In this document: positions 50,092-60,565 of the stretch, one piece after another
How positions within the stretch are numbered: position 1 is the first letter of the stretch
Layout of the letters: each line of letters begins with the position of its first letter
Assembly: GCA_001643675.2 (NCBI GenBank)
Contig: LSRY02000036.1
Location: forward strand, 868,001-932,000
DNA: 64,000 nt
Direction: 5' to 3'
Origin: Monocercomonoides exilis PA203
Lineage: Eukaryota > Protista > Preaxostyla
Program-made: the position numbers and the translations under genes
The notes under the pieces: model-generated
The model's database searches: none
Told to the model about the DNA's origin: nothing
What the model saw: the letters and a program-made list of their open reading frames with translations, nothing else

Positions 50092-51813
50092 TATTTGAAA
50101 TAAATTAGAAATATAGAATTTTTCATTCAATAATTAAAAATGAAAAAAAAATATATATAAAATATGAAATACTAAACGCGACAAAGCAAAAAACGATGGT
50201 TTTTTCAAAAATTCATGATTTAATTTGCACAATGAAATAAGGTAATTTACTGATTATTGAAACTCCCTTATTAAAAAAAAGACCATAACATAATTTATTT
50301 GCCCTGCATTTTATATTTTTTATTTTTTTCCAGTCTTATTGTTTTGCTAAATTGTTCAAGTGCAACTATATAGCAAATTAATATTGTGTGCATGCTCTCC
50401 TTTGAATGTGAAAGAGTTATTTTTTGTCTCTACCAGATATTTTTTGTTAGCTGGAAATGGATGATTTTGAAGGCATGAAAGACAAAAAAGTGTTTATTCG
50501 ATTTGAATTTAATATTTCTATTTGTATTTTTAGCCAATACTCAATTTTTATCTGAAATATAAGCAGTTCTGTTTGAAAGAGTTTTTTGAACAAAAAACAT
50601 TTGTTGAGAAAGGCCAAAGCGCTTTGAAGATGAAATGGTTTCATCTTTTGACTCAAAAATCTTTTCAACGATGATTTGCAAAGATTTCCTTAATTCGCTT
50701 GGGGAAAGGGGAGACGATGATAAAAGATGCCTTTGACTTAAAAATAGAATGGAAAGCAAATTACTCATTAGCAACAATCGCTGTACAAACAAAATTGAAG
50801 GTATTTTATTATTTTCTTCATTGTTTCATGTATTCATCAATCCTTCGCCTTTGATGAAAAACTTTGAAATCATTGCCAGAAGAATCGAAAGATAAAAGTA
50901 TTTCAAGAAATGTGACGAAGAAATTGAGGCAATGCTATTGGACACTTCATTTTTCCCAGAAAGATTCATTGATGAGCAATGACTGTTTTGCGACAAAAGA
51001 AACGAAAGCTCGGAATGAGATGTTTTCCAGGATATTACAAAATAATTATAAACTAAGAATCATAAAGGAGGATTGGAAGAAAACACATAAAAATGAAAGA
51101 TTTGCGCAGCGATGAGGAGGAAGACCATTGATGATTCGGAAGTTATTTTTGGAAATATTGAATGCTTTGAAGATGAAGCTCGAAAAAAAAAGAAAAATGG
51201 GAAAAGTGAAGATAATTGCAACTAATTTGGCATAACAGTTCAGAAGAAATAATAAAGATTCAGAAATAACAAATGAAGAAATGATAGAAAAGAAAGAGAG
51301 AAAAGAGGAAAAAGATTCTTTAAAAGGAATTCAAAATGAAGTTTTCGAAACAAGGTCAGTTTTGAAGTGATGGAATTATTGATGATAATCAAATTCACTT
51401 CTCAAACGAATAAATACCTCTCTTTGAACATTCAAAGTTTGTGAAAATGTTGTTCATTTTTTATTCCAATTTTATTTTTTAAATATTTCAAATGAATATA
51501 TTTCCTTTTATAGCTATTCTTCTTTTCATTGATAGGAAATTCCTCCGTGAAGAATATATTGTTTGAAATGACCTCAAGAGGTTTCATTCTTCATTCAGAC
51601 AGAAAAAAAGAAAATCAAAATGATTCAAAAGTGGTGAAAAATAAAAAATCAATCTTTAACAGCAAAATGATTAAAGTATTTCAAGGCAAAGCAATATGGA
51701 TGATCATCGATTTTACAAATGAAAGAAAGACAGGAAGAGTCAATATTGATAAGAGTTCAAAATTATCTTTGAATTTAATAAAATATGGTTAATGATGAAC
51801 CATAATAATTCTC

Positions 51814-54800
51814 ATGATGGTATTTCTATTTGTTTTGGCTGAGTGTTTGTATTTGATATTTTGTGGCACAGATAGAAATGATGCCCAAAGGAATGGACAT
51901 CTCATTTATCACATTCATGCTCAGTCTGAAAGTCATGTTTTGGAGCAGGGAAGTGTTATTCGACTGTTCTGCGAAATGCATAACTCATCAGTCAAATTGA
52001 AGGAAATGACGTTGGAAAAGGCAGATGATGACGTGGTATTTGATACAAGAGCAAAATCATTCCTGCGCATTGATGACTGCTTGTTGATTAGAAAAAGAGG
52101 TTTCAATGGGTATTTTGTATTCAATGAAGGAACATGCGAAATGACAAACACCACTTTGAACATCGAAAAAAGAAATAACAATTGTGATATGATGATGAAG
52201 AGTCTTGTGAAGATGGAAGAAGAAGATTCATCGTTGCTTGTGAGAAACAGTGAGTGGAAGAACATTGTGTTTTGTGGGAACGGAAGCATTTTGAGAAATG
52301 GAGAAGGGTCATTTGAAGGAATCAAAAACTGTGCTTTTTCAAACATCACAATGAAATTCATGGAAACAGATGAAATGTCAATTGAGAAAGGGTCAATGAT
52401 GAAAATGAGCATTATGGAAGATTGCCGAGTTGAAAGATCGATGAATGTGCTGGAGGAAGGGATTGTGAGTGGAACAGAAGGATCCGTTGCATTTTCTTGC
52501 AACAACTGCACATTCGTTCACAACAAAAGGATCGATCAGAAAAAAAGAAATAATGAGCATCTGGATACAACCCAATCTCAGCATTTCACGAATGCTAAAT
52601 GGAATGAATGCTCAGCTCCATGTGGTGGAGCATTGTATGTGCATGAAAATTCGAGTGCAACGCTCACTGTGGAGAATTCGTCATTTGTGAAATGCAATGC
52701 AACTTCAACACAAGGCGGAGGAATTTATGCTTTAAACATAGCTGAATGTACTGTGAAGCATTCCGTGTTTGAAGAGTGTTATTGTGCTTCATCAACAGAC
52801 TACGGAGGGGCTGGTGCGGAGGTTGAAGAGTTGAATGTTCAAGTTCTTTTCGAAAATTGCATGTTTAGAAACTGTTTGTCGCAAAATGATGCAGGAGGCT
52901 TATTTATCGGAACATCAAAAGCATCAAAAACAAACGATTGTGTGCTGGATTGTTTGTTTATCAATTGCAGTGGCAATAATGCTAGCAATGGTGATGGCGG
53001 AGGACTGATGAATTGGAACCAAATTGATAAGATTGTGACAAAAAACTGTTTGTTTAACGGGTGTCATTCAGATAAGGAAGGCGGAGGAATTTCTTTAATG
53101 GTTAGAAGCTTTTCAGGAAGTTTGATTTGTTTTTGCTTTTTCCACAATAACAGTGCTCCGTTCGGGAGTGATGTACTTGTCAGCCAAAAAATAGATTATT
53201 CCCAACTGATTTGGTGTTTTTCAACAAAAACAGATGGGCTGAGATATTATGATGGGGAAGATAAAAGTGATTGGTTGCCAAACAATGGGGGGAAATGCAG
53301 ATTCGTCTCCTCCAAATTGACTCAATCCAAAGCGAAAGATACATATAGCTGCGGGTTGAATGAGAGTTATGCCTGTCTAACAATCAGCCATTGTCTTTCC
53401 CAATTGATCGTGGGGTTTGTGGAGGAAATGAAGGTGTTGAGTGGAACAGTTGTGGAAGGCAAAGGAGTTGACATTGGTGATAAAACGATCTCTTTGAGTG
53501 GAGTTTCTCCCTCTGGCTCTTCTGTTGAAACAAAGTTTGAGGGAAGTGGATTGAGCCTATTTTGTGTTGGAGCAGGGGAGTTGGCTGTGAATGATCTGTC
53601 AGTTGTTCACAACACCTCATTTGAAAACAACAGACAATGCAGATTATTTGAGATTCAAGGGGTTGGAGGGATCAATTTGGAGAGAATGGACATTTCGATG
53701 GATGCACATCATTCAGAAGAGAGGAGCATTCAAAACTCACTTGTGAAAGTTGATGGTGGAGAGTTGAAAATGAAAGATGTGAAATGGTCGCAAACGTACA
53801 GCACCGCAAGTGCGATATCTCTTTCTCAAGGATCGTCTGTTTCATTGTCTCTGGATAACTGCACATTTAGCAACATTGTGAGGACAACAGCCGGATCATC
53901 GTTGATAAGTTCAGGTGAAGGGTCGTTTTCGATTACTCTTGAAGGATGCATGATTGATGGCTGTGGAAGTGAAGCCTCTGATTTTGGAGGAGGGATGATG
54001 ATTGAAGTGGGGAATATTGGTTCATTGAGGATGAATGGAGGGTTTGTGAAGAACTGTTATGCCTCGACCACTCAAGGGAGAGGAGGAGGGATTGGGCTGA
54101 AAGTGAAAGATACAAATGCAGATTTTTTAATATCATCAACATTTGAAGGAAACAGGGCGAAATGGGGAAGTGATATTTTCGTTGACTCGATCGATCTGGG
54201 AACGACTGCAACAAGTGGGAAGATAGCGTGTATTACAGGTTCATTGGATTCTTTTGATAAGGTGAGAGGATACGACAAGATAAACACGAGTTTGGCCATC
54301 CCTTTATGCATTTATCTCCTTCCCATTCCAGCAGAAATATATGTGAGCAATTCTGAGGCATGTGATCATTCACACTGTGGAATAGTCAAATTCCCTTGTT
54401 TGACAATGAAACATTCACTCACACGGCTAACAGGAGAAAAGAAAGTTGTTGTGAATGGAATGATTATGATGGGTGATGAATTGGCATTTGGTGAACAGAA
54501 GCATGAAATCAGAGGAAATGATGATCAAAGTGGCTGGACAGTCTCTGATGCAAGTTCGACATCAAACTCAGCGATGATAACAACAAGTTTTGAAACAGAA
54601 TTATCAAAAATTATCTTCTCTCTTCCTCATTCTTTTTCATCACATTCCACTTTCATTTCGTCTTCTTCACAACTGACTTTGTCTCATTGTTCTTTGATTC
54701 TTCAAGCACCTTCATCAGAATTGGTATTGCTATTCTTATCTGTTGAATCTGGAATCCTGACGATCGACAACTTCTCTGCTTCTTCAATCACTTTGAGTGG

Positions 54801-57800
54801 AAATCCATTGATCTCTTTGTCTGGAACCGGAACAAATGCCGAGTTAATGAACACCAAATGGCTGAACATGACGAAAAGCAATTTCACAAAAATTGAAAGA
54901 ACAGCAGGATGTGGAGGCTGTGTGAACATCAATAACAGCAATGATGAAAATGAAAATTCAAATGGAGAAATCAATATCGAAGAGTGTGGCTTTGATGGAT
55001 GTTGCGTGCTGTCTGATGGAGGCAAAGGAGGAGCTATTTTCGCACAGATGAAAGGGAACACGCAATTGAATATTATTTCAAGCACATTTACGGGATGTGC
55101 AGCACCAGCTGGAGAAGCGAAGACTGGGTTTGGAGGAGGGATGGCATTGAAGTTGGTGGATGGTGATTCTTCATTTGTGATATCATCCCCTGCTTTTGAT
55201 GATGATAATCCAAACACTGCCAAATATGGAAATGATCTTTTTGTTGAATCGCCAAACTTGACAAAGAGCATCACAAACGCATCCCTTCCGTTTGTATCTG
55301 AGAATCTGAATGATATTTCCTTGGATTCCATGAGCGGCTTTGATGGGAATGATACAGAGAATGCTGTTCCACTGATCTATTTCTGGAGAGCAATTGGCTC
55401 AGAGTTATTTGTTGGGAGCGAAGGAAGAGACATGGGTGCGTGTGGATTCTCAGATTATCCTTGCCTGTCAATCGATTATTCTTTGGAGCGAATGGTTGAA
55501 GGAAATGAAAGGATTATCAGTGTCATAGGAAAGGCGATTCTTCAGAAGAGTGTTGATGTCAGTGGGCTTTCAACAAGATCAAATAATACAGTCATGTGCT
55601 CTTTGGAATGTCTCTCTTCGCTTGAAGGAACAGAAGGAACGGCAATGAAGATTCAAAGTATTACCAATTTCGAACTGATAAGCTTTGTTGTTCCACCTTC
55701 ATTCGCAAGTGGAGTCAATGTTTTGTTGCATATTGGATCAAGTGAAGGACTATTGACTCTGAAAGATTGTTCATTCAGCAAAAAGGAAGAAAATGAAGAA
55801 GAAGAAGAAATGATTAACTTTGGGTTGATCGAGGCAGATGAAGGCACAGTTGTGTTGGAAATTGTGGCAATTCAATCACTTTGCTTTTCACAAGATATTA
55901 TTTCCGTTCATCCAACAACAATTTTGAATATGAAAAATCTTACGATGAAGAATGTTGAGCTTGATGGTGCAAGCGGATTGAGCATTTCAAAGAGTTCAAG
56001 AAGAGAGAAAAATGAAGTGGAGCAAGATGTTGTTATTGAATGGAGTTCATTCGAAGAAGTCACTCAGAATACAACTGATGATATTCCCATCATTCGGAAC
56101 AAAAATGATGAAGAGCCATTGAAAATGGTTGTTAGAAACACAACAATGAAGAGATGCGGCGGATCGAAATGTGAAAAGGGAGGAGGAATGTTTTCTGTGT
56201 TGAATGAGGGAGGAAACTTTGACTGCTCATTTTGCACGATTTCTGAGTGCTTCTGCTCGAGCACAGGAAGAGGCGGGTGGCTGTTTCTGGAATGCACCTC
56301 GACAGCTGAGCAGCCTCTGAATTTTGTTCTGTCGAACATCACATTCAGAGACAACTCTGCATTCAGAGGGAGAGATGTGTATGTGAGATGCCATTCGATT
56401 GAAACACAAATTGTTGATGAGCAATTCTTGTTGGATTTCAGATTGCCATTTGTGAAGGAGCTGGCAATGTGGGGCTGCACAACAGACTCTTTTGTGGGTG
56501 AAGAGGATCTTCTGCTGAGGGTTGTGAAATATCAGAGCGAGACTATATTTGTGTCTATAACTGCAGACAATCACGCAGATAGCAAACAATGTGGAGAGGT
56601 CAATGCACCTTGCGAGTCGCTGAATGTGGGAGTTCAACACATCATTCCTTCATCATATTCTCAACTGCTTATCTCAAAGGAAACAGTTGTTGTTGGGGAA
56701 TGCAGTGTTCAAGATATGAGCATCCGCTCACTGCAATCTCCTTCATCGGCTTTTGCGTATCTGAACTCAACAATAACCAAAGAGGAAAGTCTTATCACAA
56801 CCTCAGAGAATGTTAGAATTGAGAGATTGAAATTCAATTTTGGTCAGTTATTTTCATATTCGGGGAGTTCAATCATTCATGAATCAAGTGGTCAGCTTTC
56901 TCTTTCATTTGTTGACTTCTCTTCTGTTGGAGGGTCAAATATCAATCAACCTTCTGTTGTTCTCAATTCAACCTTGCTGAGCATTGCAAAAGGGATTCTG
57001 CATGTTGACAACTGCTTAATATTGCTCCTTTCATTCAAGAAGCCATTCTTTCAGTTTTGTGGGGAAGAGATATCGTTGACAAACATGAAGCTGGAACAGA
57101 TTGAATCAACAAGAAATGTTTTTGAGATTGGCAACTGTGGAAGCGTTGCACTCAATGGAATAGTTGTGAATGGAGTGAAATTGTCTGAGGGTTGCATCAT
57201 TTCGATTGACAGTTCAACTTCAGGGGCAATTTCTGTTGGAAGCTCCTTATTCAAGAACTGCTCTAGGAATTCAGAAGGAGCTTCTGTTCTTTCTGCATCC
57301 TTGTCATCTGCTCAAATTGTTCTTTCAAATTGTTCTTGTTCAGACTGTAATTCTCTGTCAAACAAAGGAAGCATGATGGAGATGAACAATGCGAAGAATG
57401 TTTCCATGCACATTTGTGGGTTTGAAGGAATTCTTTCAAAAGAAAGTGAAAGCGAGAGGAAGAGAAATGATGCATTTGAAGAAATATGTGAATGGAGTGG
57501 ATCACTTGTTCATTCAACTAATACAACATTGATGATGAAGGATGTGACAATATTGAATGCTTCTTCAGGTGGATTATCTATATCGAGCGGGAATGTGGCA
57601 ATTGAGAAAGGAGAGTTTTTGAACAATAATCCATTCATTGAAAATTATCCATCATTGAGAAGAAATATCATCTGCTCTGATTCAGGATCACTGTCAATTT
57701 CCAGCTTGAAAGGGGGAGATGGAGTTTTCCCAGACATATCGATGTGGATTTTGAATGATGGATGCAGTTTTGAAGGGATTGTTTCTGAAAGAGCATCTTC

Positions 57801-59559
57801 ATTCTTCATTCCGGTGTTGGAAGGGGCTTCGGCCAGCGAAAATGGAGGTGGAACAGAAATTCAATTCAAGGGAGCGCTTCTTCTGCCATGTGATTTGTCA
57901 TTCCGACTGATTTTATCAGCTGGAGATACAGACCTGATTGAGACATATCATTTTGCAGAAGATGGGTTTGTGAGTGAAGCGGAAGCAGTTGGGATGGTGC
58001 CTTCGAGAAATCTTTCGTCGATCCCAGACGATACGGAGGTGTCTGTGATGATTGTGTATGGAAAGCGGTTGTCTGCAACTGATGCATTTGTTCTGAAGAA
58101 CAGAAGCGAACCCAAGGCAAATGGGGATGAAAGGATTGCTGAAGGAGGAAAAGAAGGGAAATCGTATTGGTTGTTGATTGTTGTTGTGCTTGTTGTGATA
58201 TTATTGATTGTTCTCATCGGTTTTATTTTGTTTGTAATTCGATGGAAGAAGGTTAAGAATGAAGCAGAAGATCTGAGAGAGATTGTGAATGATAACATCA
58301 GAAAGGATCCGAAGGCGTTTGAGATGGTGACGATGGAGATGTCGCCAGAGGAGCAGTGGAGGAGAGCTGAGAGGGAGGCAGAGAAGAAGAACGATGAGAG
58401 AATCAAGAAGAGGGTGTATGCGAAAAGCTTGGGACATTCGGAGTCATCGGAGCATCTTCTGTCAGAGAGTGGATCGACTGAATACATTTTGGGCAGAGAC
58501 TCAGACAAGATCCCTCAATGGATGCTTGAGAAGGTTGATGAAAAAGAAGATGAGGAAACAAGAAAAAGAACTCCATCTCCATCCACTTCATCCACTTCAA
58601 CCACAGACACTTCAGATACAGAATCCACATTTGTTCGAGGGGAGGACCTGTGCCCAACCACTTCATCGATGTCGAATCTGGTGGATGCAATGGCGTGTTC
58701 ATCTCCTCATGAGAAATTGATTGTGGATCTGAGGGATTCGCTGTTCATGCTGCTTCATGGAAGGAATGAGAAGAAGGAGATGGCGATAGGCACTCTGAAG
58801 GAAAGAGAGCAGACAGCTGCCCAGGTCTTGTTCTGGGTGGCCAATCTCGCCCTCCACTCATTTTCCGAGATGGACAACCCTCTTCAGTCACTTGTCAATC
58901 TGAGCCCACACATTGTACTATTCTCTGAGCACATGGTCATCTGCATTGTGATGCACTCCGACTTCTCATCTGACGATGATTCGGATTCATCATCCATCTC
59001 CTCGTCAACTGTTGCGACATCTGCCAGCAATGATGATGATGAGGAGGAGGAGGACTCTCTGCCCTCGTCTGCCTTTGAGGATGAGGATGACAATTTCAAG
59101 AAGGAGTGCCTGAGGTGGAAGGCGCCTGAGCTGCAAATGAACAAGAAGATGGGGGCAACAGAGAAGTCGGTGGCATTCTCGATCGGGATGATGCTGTGGG
59201 AGTGCCTGACACTCCAGATCCCGTTCGGGGAGTATGGGGCAGAGGCAGCTGGGCAGAAGATTGTGAATGGAGAAGTGCCGAATGTGGGGCTGGTGAAGGA
59301 CACACCATATTTGGAGTTTTGGAGGTTGTGTGTCTCGTGGAATGAGGCAGACAGGCCTTCTCTGAGCGGGATGAAGCGAGAGCTGATTGGGCACTTTCCA
59401 GCTGGGGCAGTGATGGTGACGCTGACAGATGCAATCTGCGATTCTTTGCGAGACGAAGACGAAGAGGAAGAGGAAGAAGAGGGGATGGAAGAGGAAGAAG
59501 ATGGGATGAGCGAAGCGATAAGCAAAGAAGAGGGGAGGAAAAGTCGAAAATACTTGTGA
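51814..59559 (+). CDS. Giant modular receptor-pseudokinase paralog C (complete, 2581 aa)
   Basis: Signal peptide MMVFLFVLAECLYLIFCG. GGALYV/GGGIYA/FxxN motifs and four CGxxxxPC modules. TM at ~58165-58240. WKAPE/FSIGMMLWE kinase remnant. Confidence 0.92.
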   Translation: MMVFLFVLAECLYLIFCGTDRNDAQRNGHLIYHIHAQSESHVLEQGSVIRLFCEMHNSSVKLKEMTLEKADDDVVFDTRAKSFLRIDDCLLIRKRGFNGYFVFNEGTCEMTNTTLNIEKRNNNCDMMMKSLVKMEEEDSSLLVRNSEWKNIVFCGNGSILRNGEGSFEGIKNCAFSNITMKFMETDEMSIEKGSMMKMSIMEDCRVERSMNVLEEGIVSGTEGSVAFSCNNCTFVHNKRIDQKKRNNEHLDTTQSQHFTNAKWNECSAPCGGALYVHENSSATLTVENSSFVKCNATSTQGGGIYALNIAECTVKHSVFEECYCASSTDYGGAGAEVEELNVQVLFENCMFRNCLSQNDAGGLFIGTSKASKTNDCVLDCLFINCSGNNASNGDGGGLMNWNQIDKIVTKNCLFNGCHSDKEGGGISLMVRSFSGSLICFCFFHNNSAPFGSDVLVSQKIDYSQLIWCFSTKTDGLRYYDGEDKSDWLPNNGGKCRFVSSKLTQSKAKDTYSCGLNESYACLTISHCLSQLIVGFVEEMKVLSGTVVEGKGVDIGDKTISLSGVSPSGSSVETKFEGSGLSLFCVGAGELAVNDLSVVHNTSFENNRQCRLFEIQGVGGINLERMDISMDAHHSEERSIQNSLVKVDGGELKMKDVKWSQTYSTASAISLSQGSSVSLSLDNCTFSNIVRTTAGSSLISSGEGSFSITLEGCMIDGCGSEASDFGGGMMIEVGNIGSLRMNGGFVKNCYASTTQGRGGGIGLKVKDTNADFLISSTFEGNRAKWGSDIFVDSIDLGTTATSGKIACITGSLDSFDKVRGYDKINTSLAIPLCIYLLPIPAEIYVSNSEACDHSHCGIVKFPCLTMKHSLTRLTGEKKVVVNGMIMMGDELAFGEQKHEIRGNDDQSGWTVSDASSTSNSAMITTSFETELSKIIFSLPHSFSSHSTFISSSSQLTLSHCSLILQAPSSELVLLFLSVESGILTIDNFSASSITLSGNPLISLSGTGTNAELMNTKWLNMTKSNFTKIERTAGCGGCVNINNSNDENENSNGEINIEECGFDGCCVLSDGGKGGAIFAQMKGNTQLNIISSTFTGCAAPAGEAKTGFGGGMALKLVDGDSSFVISSPAFDDDNPNTAKYGNDLFVESPNLTKSITNASLPFVSENLNDISLDSMSGFDGNDTENAVPLIYFWRAIGSELFVGSEGRDMGACGFSDYPCLSIDYSLERMVEGNERIISVIGKAILQKSVDVSGLSTRSNNTVMCSLECLSSLEGTEGTAMKIQSITNFELISFVVPPSFASGVNVLLHIGSSEGLLTLKDCSFSKKEENEEEEEMINFGLIEADEGTVVLEIVAIQSLCFSQDIISVHPTTILNMKNLTMKNVELDGASGLSISKSSRREKNEVEQDVVIEWSSFEEVTQNTTDDIPIIRNKNDEEPLKMVVRNTTMKRCGGSKCEKGGGMFSVLNEGGNFDCSFCTISECFCSSTGRGGWLFLECTSTAEQPLNFVLSNITFRDNSAFRGRDVYVRCHSIETQIVDEQFLLDFRLPFVKELAMWGCTTDSFVGEEDLLLRVVKYQSETIFVSITADNHADSKQCGEVNAPCESLNVGVQHIIPSSYSQLLISKETVVVGECSVQDMSIRSLQSPSSAFAYLNSTITKEESLITTSENVRIERLKFNFGQLFSYSGSSIIHESSGQLSLSFVDFSSVGGSNINQPSVVLNSTLLSIAKGILHVDNCLILLLSFKKPFFQFCGEEISLTNMKLEQIESTRNVFEIGNCGSVALNGIVVNGVKLSEGCIISIDSSTSGAISVGSSLFKNCSRNSEGASVLSASLSSAQIVLSNCSCSDCNSLSNKGSMMEMNNAKNVSMHICGFEGILSKESESERKRNDAFEEICEWSGSLVHSTNTTLMMKDVTILNASSGGLSISSGNVAIEKGEFLNNNPFIENYPSLRRNIICSDSGSLSISSLKGGDGVFPDISMWILNDGCSFEGIVSERASSFFIPVLEGASASENGGGTEIQFKGALLLPCDLSFRLILSAGDTDLIETYHFAEDGFVSEAEAVGMVPSRNLSSIPDDTEVSVMIVYGKRLSATDAFVLKNRSEPKANGDERIAEGGKEGKSYWLLIVVVLVVILLIVLIGFILFVIRWKKVKNEAEDLREIVNDNIRKDPKAFEMVTMEMSPEEQWRRAEREAEKKNDERIKKRVYAKSLGHSESSEHLLSESGSTEYILGRDSDKIPQWMLEKVDEKEDEETRKRTPSPSTSSTSTTDTSDTESTFVRGEDLCPTTSSMSNLVDAMACSSPHEKLIVDLRDSLFMLLHGRNEKKEMAIGTLKEREQTAAQVLFWVANLALHSFSEMDNPLQSLVNLSPHIVLFSEHMVICIVMHSDFSSDDDSDSSSISSSTVATSASNDDDEEEEDSLPSSAFEDEDDNFKKECLRWKAPELQMNKKMGATEKSVAFSIGMMLWECLTLQIPFGEYGAEAAGQKIVNGEVPNVGLVKDTPYLEFWRLCVSWNEADRPSLSGMKRELIGHFPAGAVMVTLTDAICDSLRDEDEEEEEEEGMEEEEDGMSEAISKEEGRKSRKYL

Positions 59560-59822
59560 TGATGGTCGTATTGGTTGGCATTCTTTTGAGAAGGGCTTTC
59601 TTTGCTTTCTTCTTTGACTATTATTCGTTGAATGGGAAGTGGAGAGCAGAATGTGAATTTTCCCAGTGAGTTCAGACTGCTTTCCATTTTTCGACTTTCT
59701 TCAAATCAGAATCAAAATGTTTCAAAAATGTGTTATTTTCTTTTTTCATTTTGGTTTTTGTTTTCAACTTTTTGTGGAAGCGAATGTATGTTTTATGGTG
59801 CTTTTAGCATCACCATTTTTTC
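54310..59822 (+). repeat. Right arm of ~5.5-kb near-identical inverted repeat (partner 37098-42609)
   Basis: Matches the left arm; includes ~260 bp of 3' non-coding sequence. Confidence 0.95.
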
Positions 59823-60037
59823 TGTCAATAACAACATCAGGATAATTCTCACGAGATGCATTGCAATGAAACAGTTTCTTTAATTTATTGTGAACATTTT
59901 AAAGAACATCAAACTGTTTCACGCATCAACTCATGAAATAAATGGAAAGAGATTTTTTTTTTGTCATTTGTCAGTAACTTTCACTGACGTTCAATGACAA
60001 ATTATGACAAAAATATTCCTCAATTGACATTTCGTGC

Positions 60038-60038
<1 letters not shown>

Positions 60039-60101
<63 letters not shown>
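60039..60101. repeat. Poly(A)47 followed by (TA)n
   Basis: Directly visible. Confidence 0.95.
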
Positions 60102-60103
<2 letters not shown>

Positions 60104-60189
60104 GAATCTGAACATATTTATTAAAAATAAAAAATTTTCAAAGGAATACGAATTGTTTCATGCAGATTTTTAAATTAATTATTATTGCA

Positions 60190-60565
60190 CAGTTTGTGCA
60201 TAACACACAATTTGTGCAAAAAACACCGGACAAGATCGATAACACAATAACCGCAAGAAGAAAAATTCTGATAATTTTCCTCAAAATATATCTCGTCAAA
60301 ACAAACTCACGTGACATACAAGGCTTTCATAACTTCCTCGTTTATGCTCAGAAAAGATATATATCGAAATATCGGAGAAATAGGATTTTGAGTTTCTCCG
60401 AGATTTTAATAATTATTTATTTCTGAGCACAAATAAAGCTGAAGTGAAGTCTTGTATGTCACGTGAGTTTGTTTTGATAAGATATATTTTGAGGAAAATT
60501 ATCAGAATTTTTCTTCTTGCGGTTATTGGGGTATCGATCTTGTCCAGTGTTTTTTGCACAAACTG
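60190..60565. mobile_element. Palindromic MITE-like element, family 3 (~145-bp arms, CAGT termini, Tc1/mariner-like)
   Basis: TTTGTGCAAAAAACACCGGACAAGATCGAT...CTCACGTGACATACAAG...GCTCAGAAAA is mirrored by TTTTCTGAGC...CTTGTATGTCACGTGAG...ATCGATCTTGTCCAGTGTTTTTTGCACAAACTG|TA. Confidence 0.8.

Noticed and set aside
51529-51792. 87-aa ORF just upstream of paralog C as an extra exon
   Set aside because: It has a TTG start and AT-rich composition, and C already begins with its own ATG and signal peptide.
59955-60015. Imperfect hairpin TTTTTGTCATTTGTCA...TGACAAATTATGACAAAAA before the poly(A)
   Set aside because: Short and AT-rich, and not seen at the equivalent position of A or B; insufficient support for a terminator or element end.
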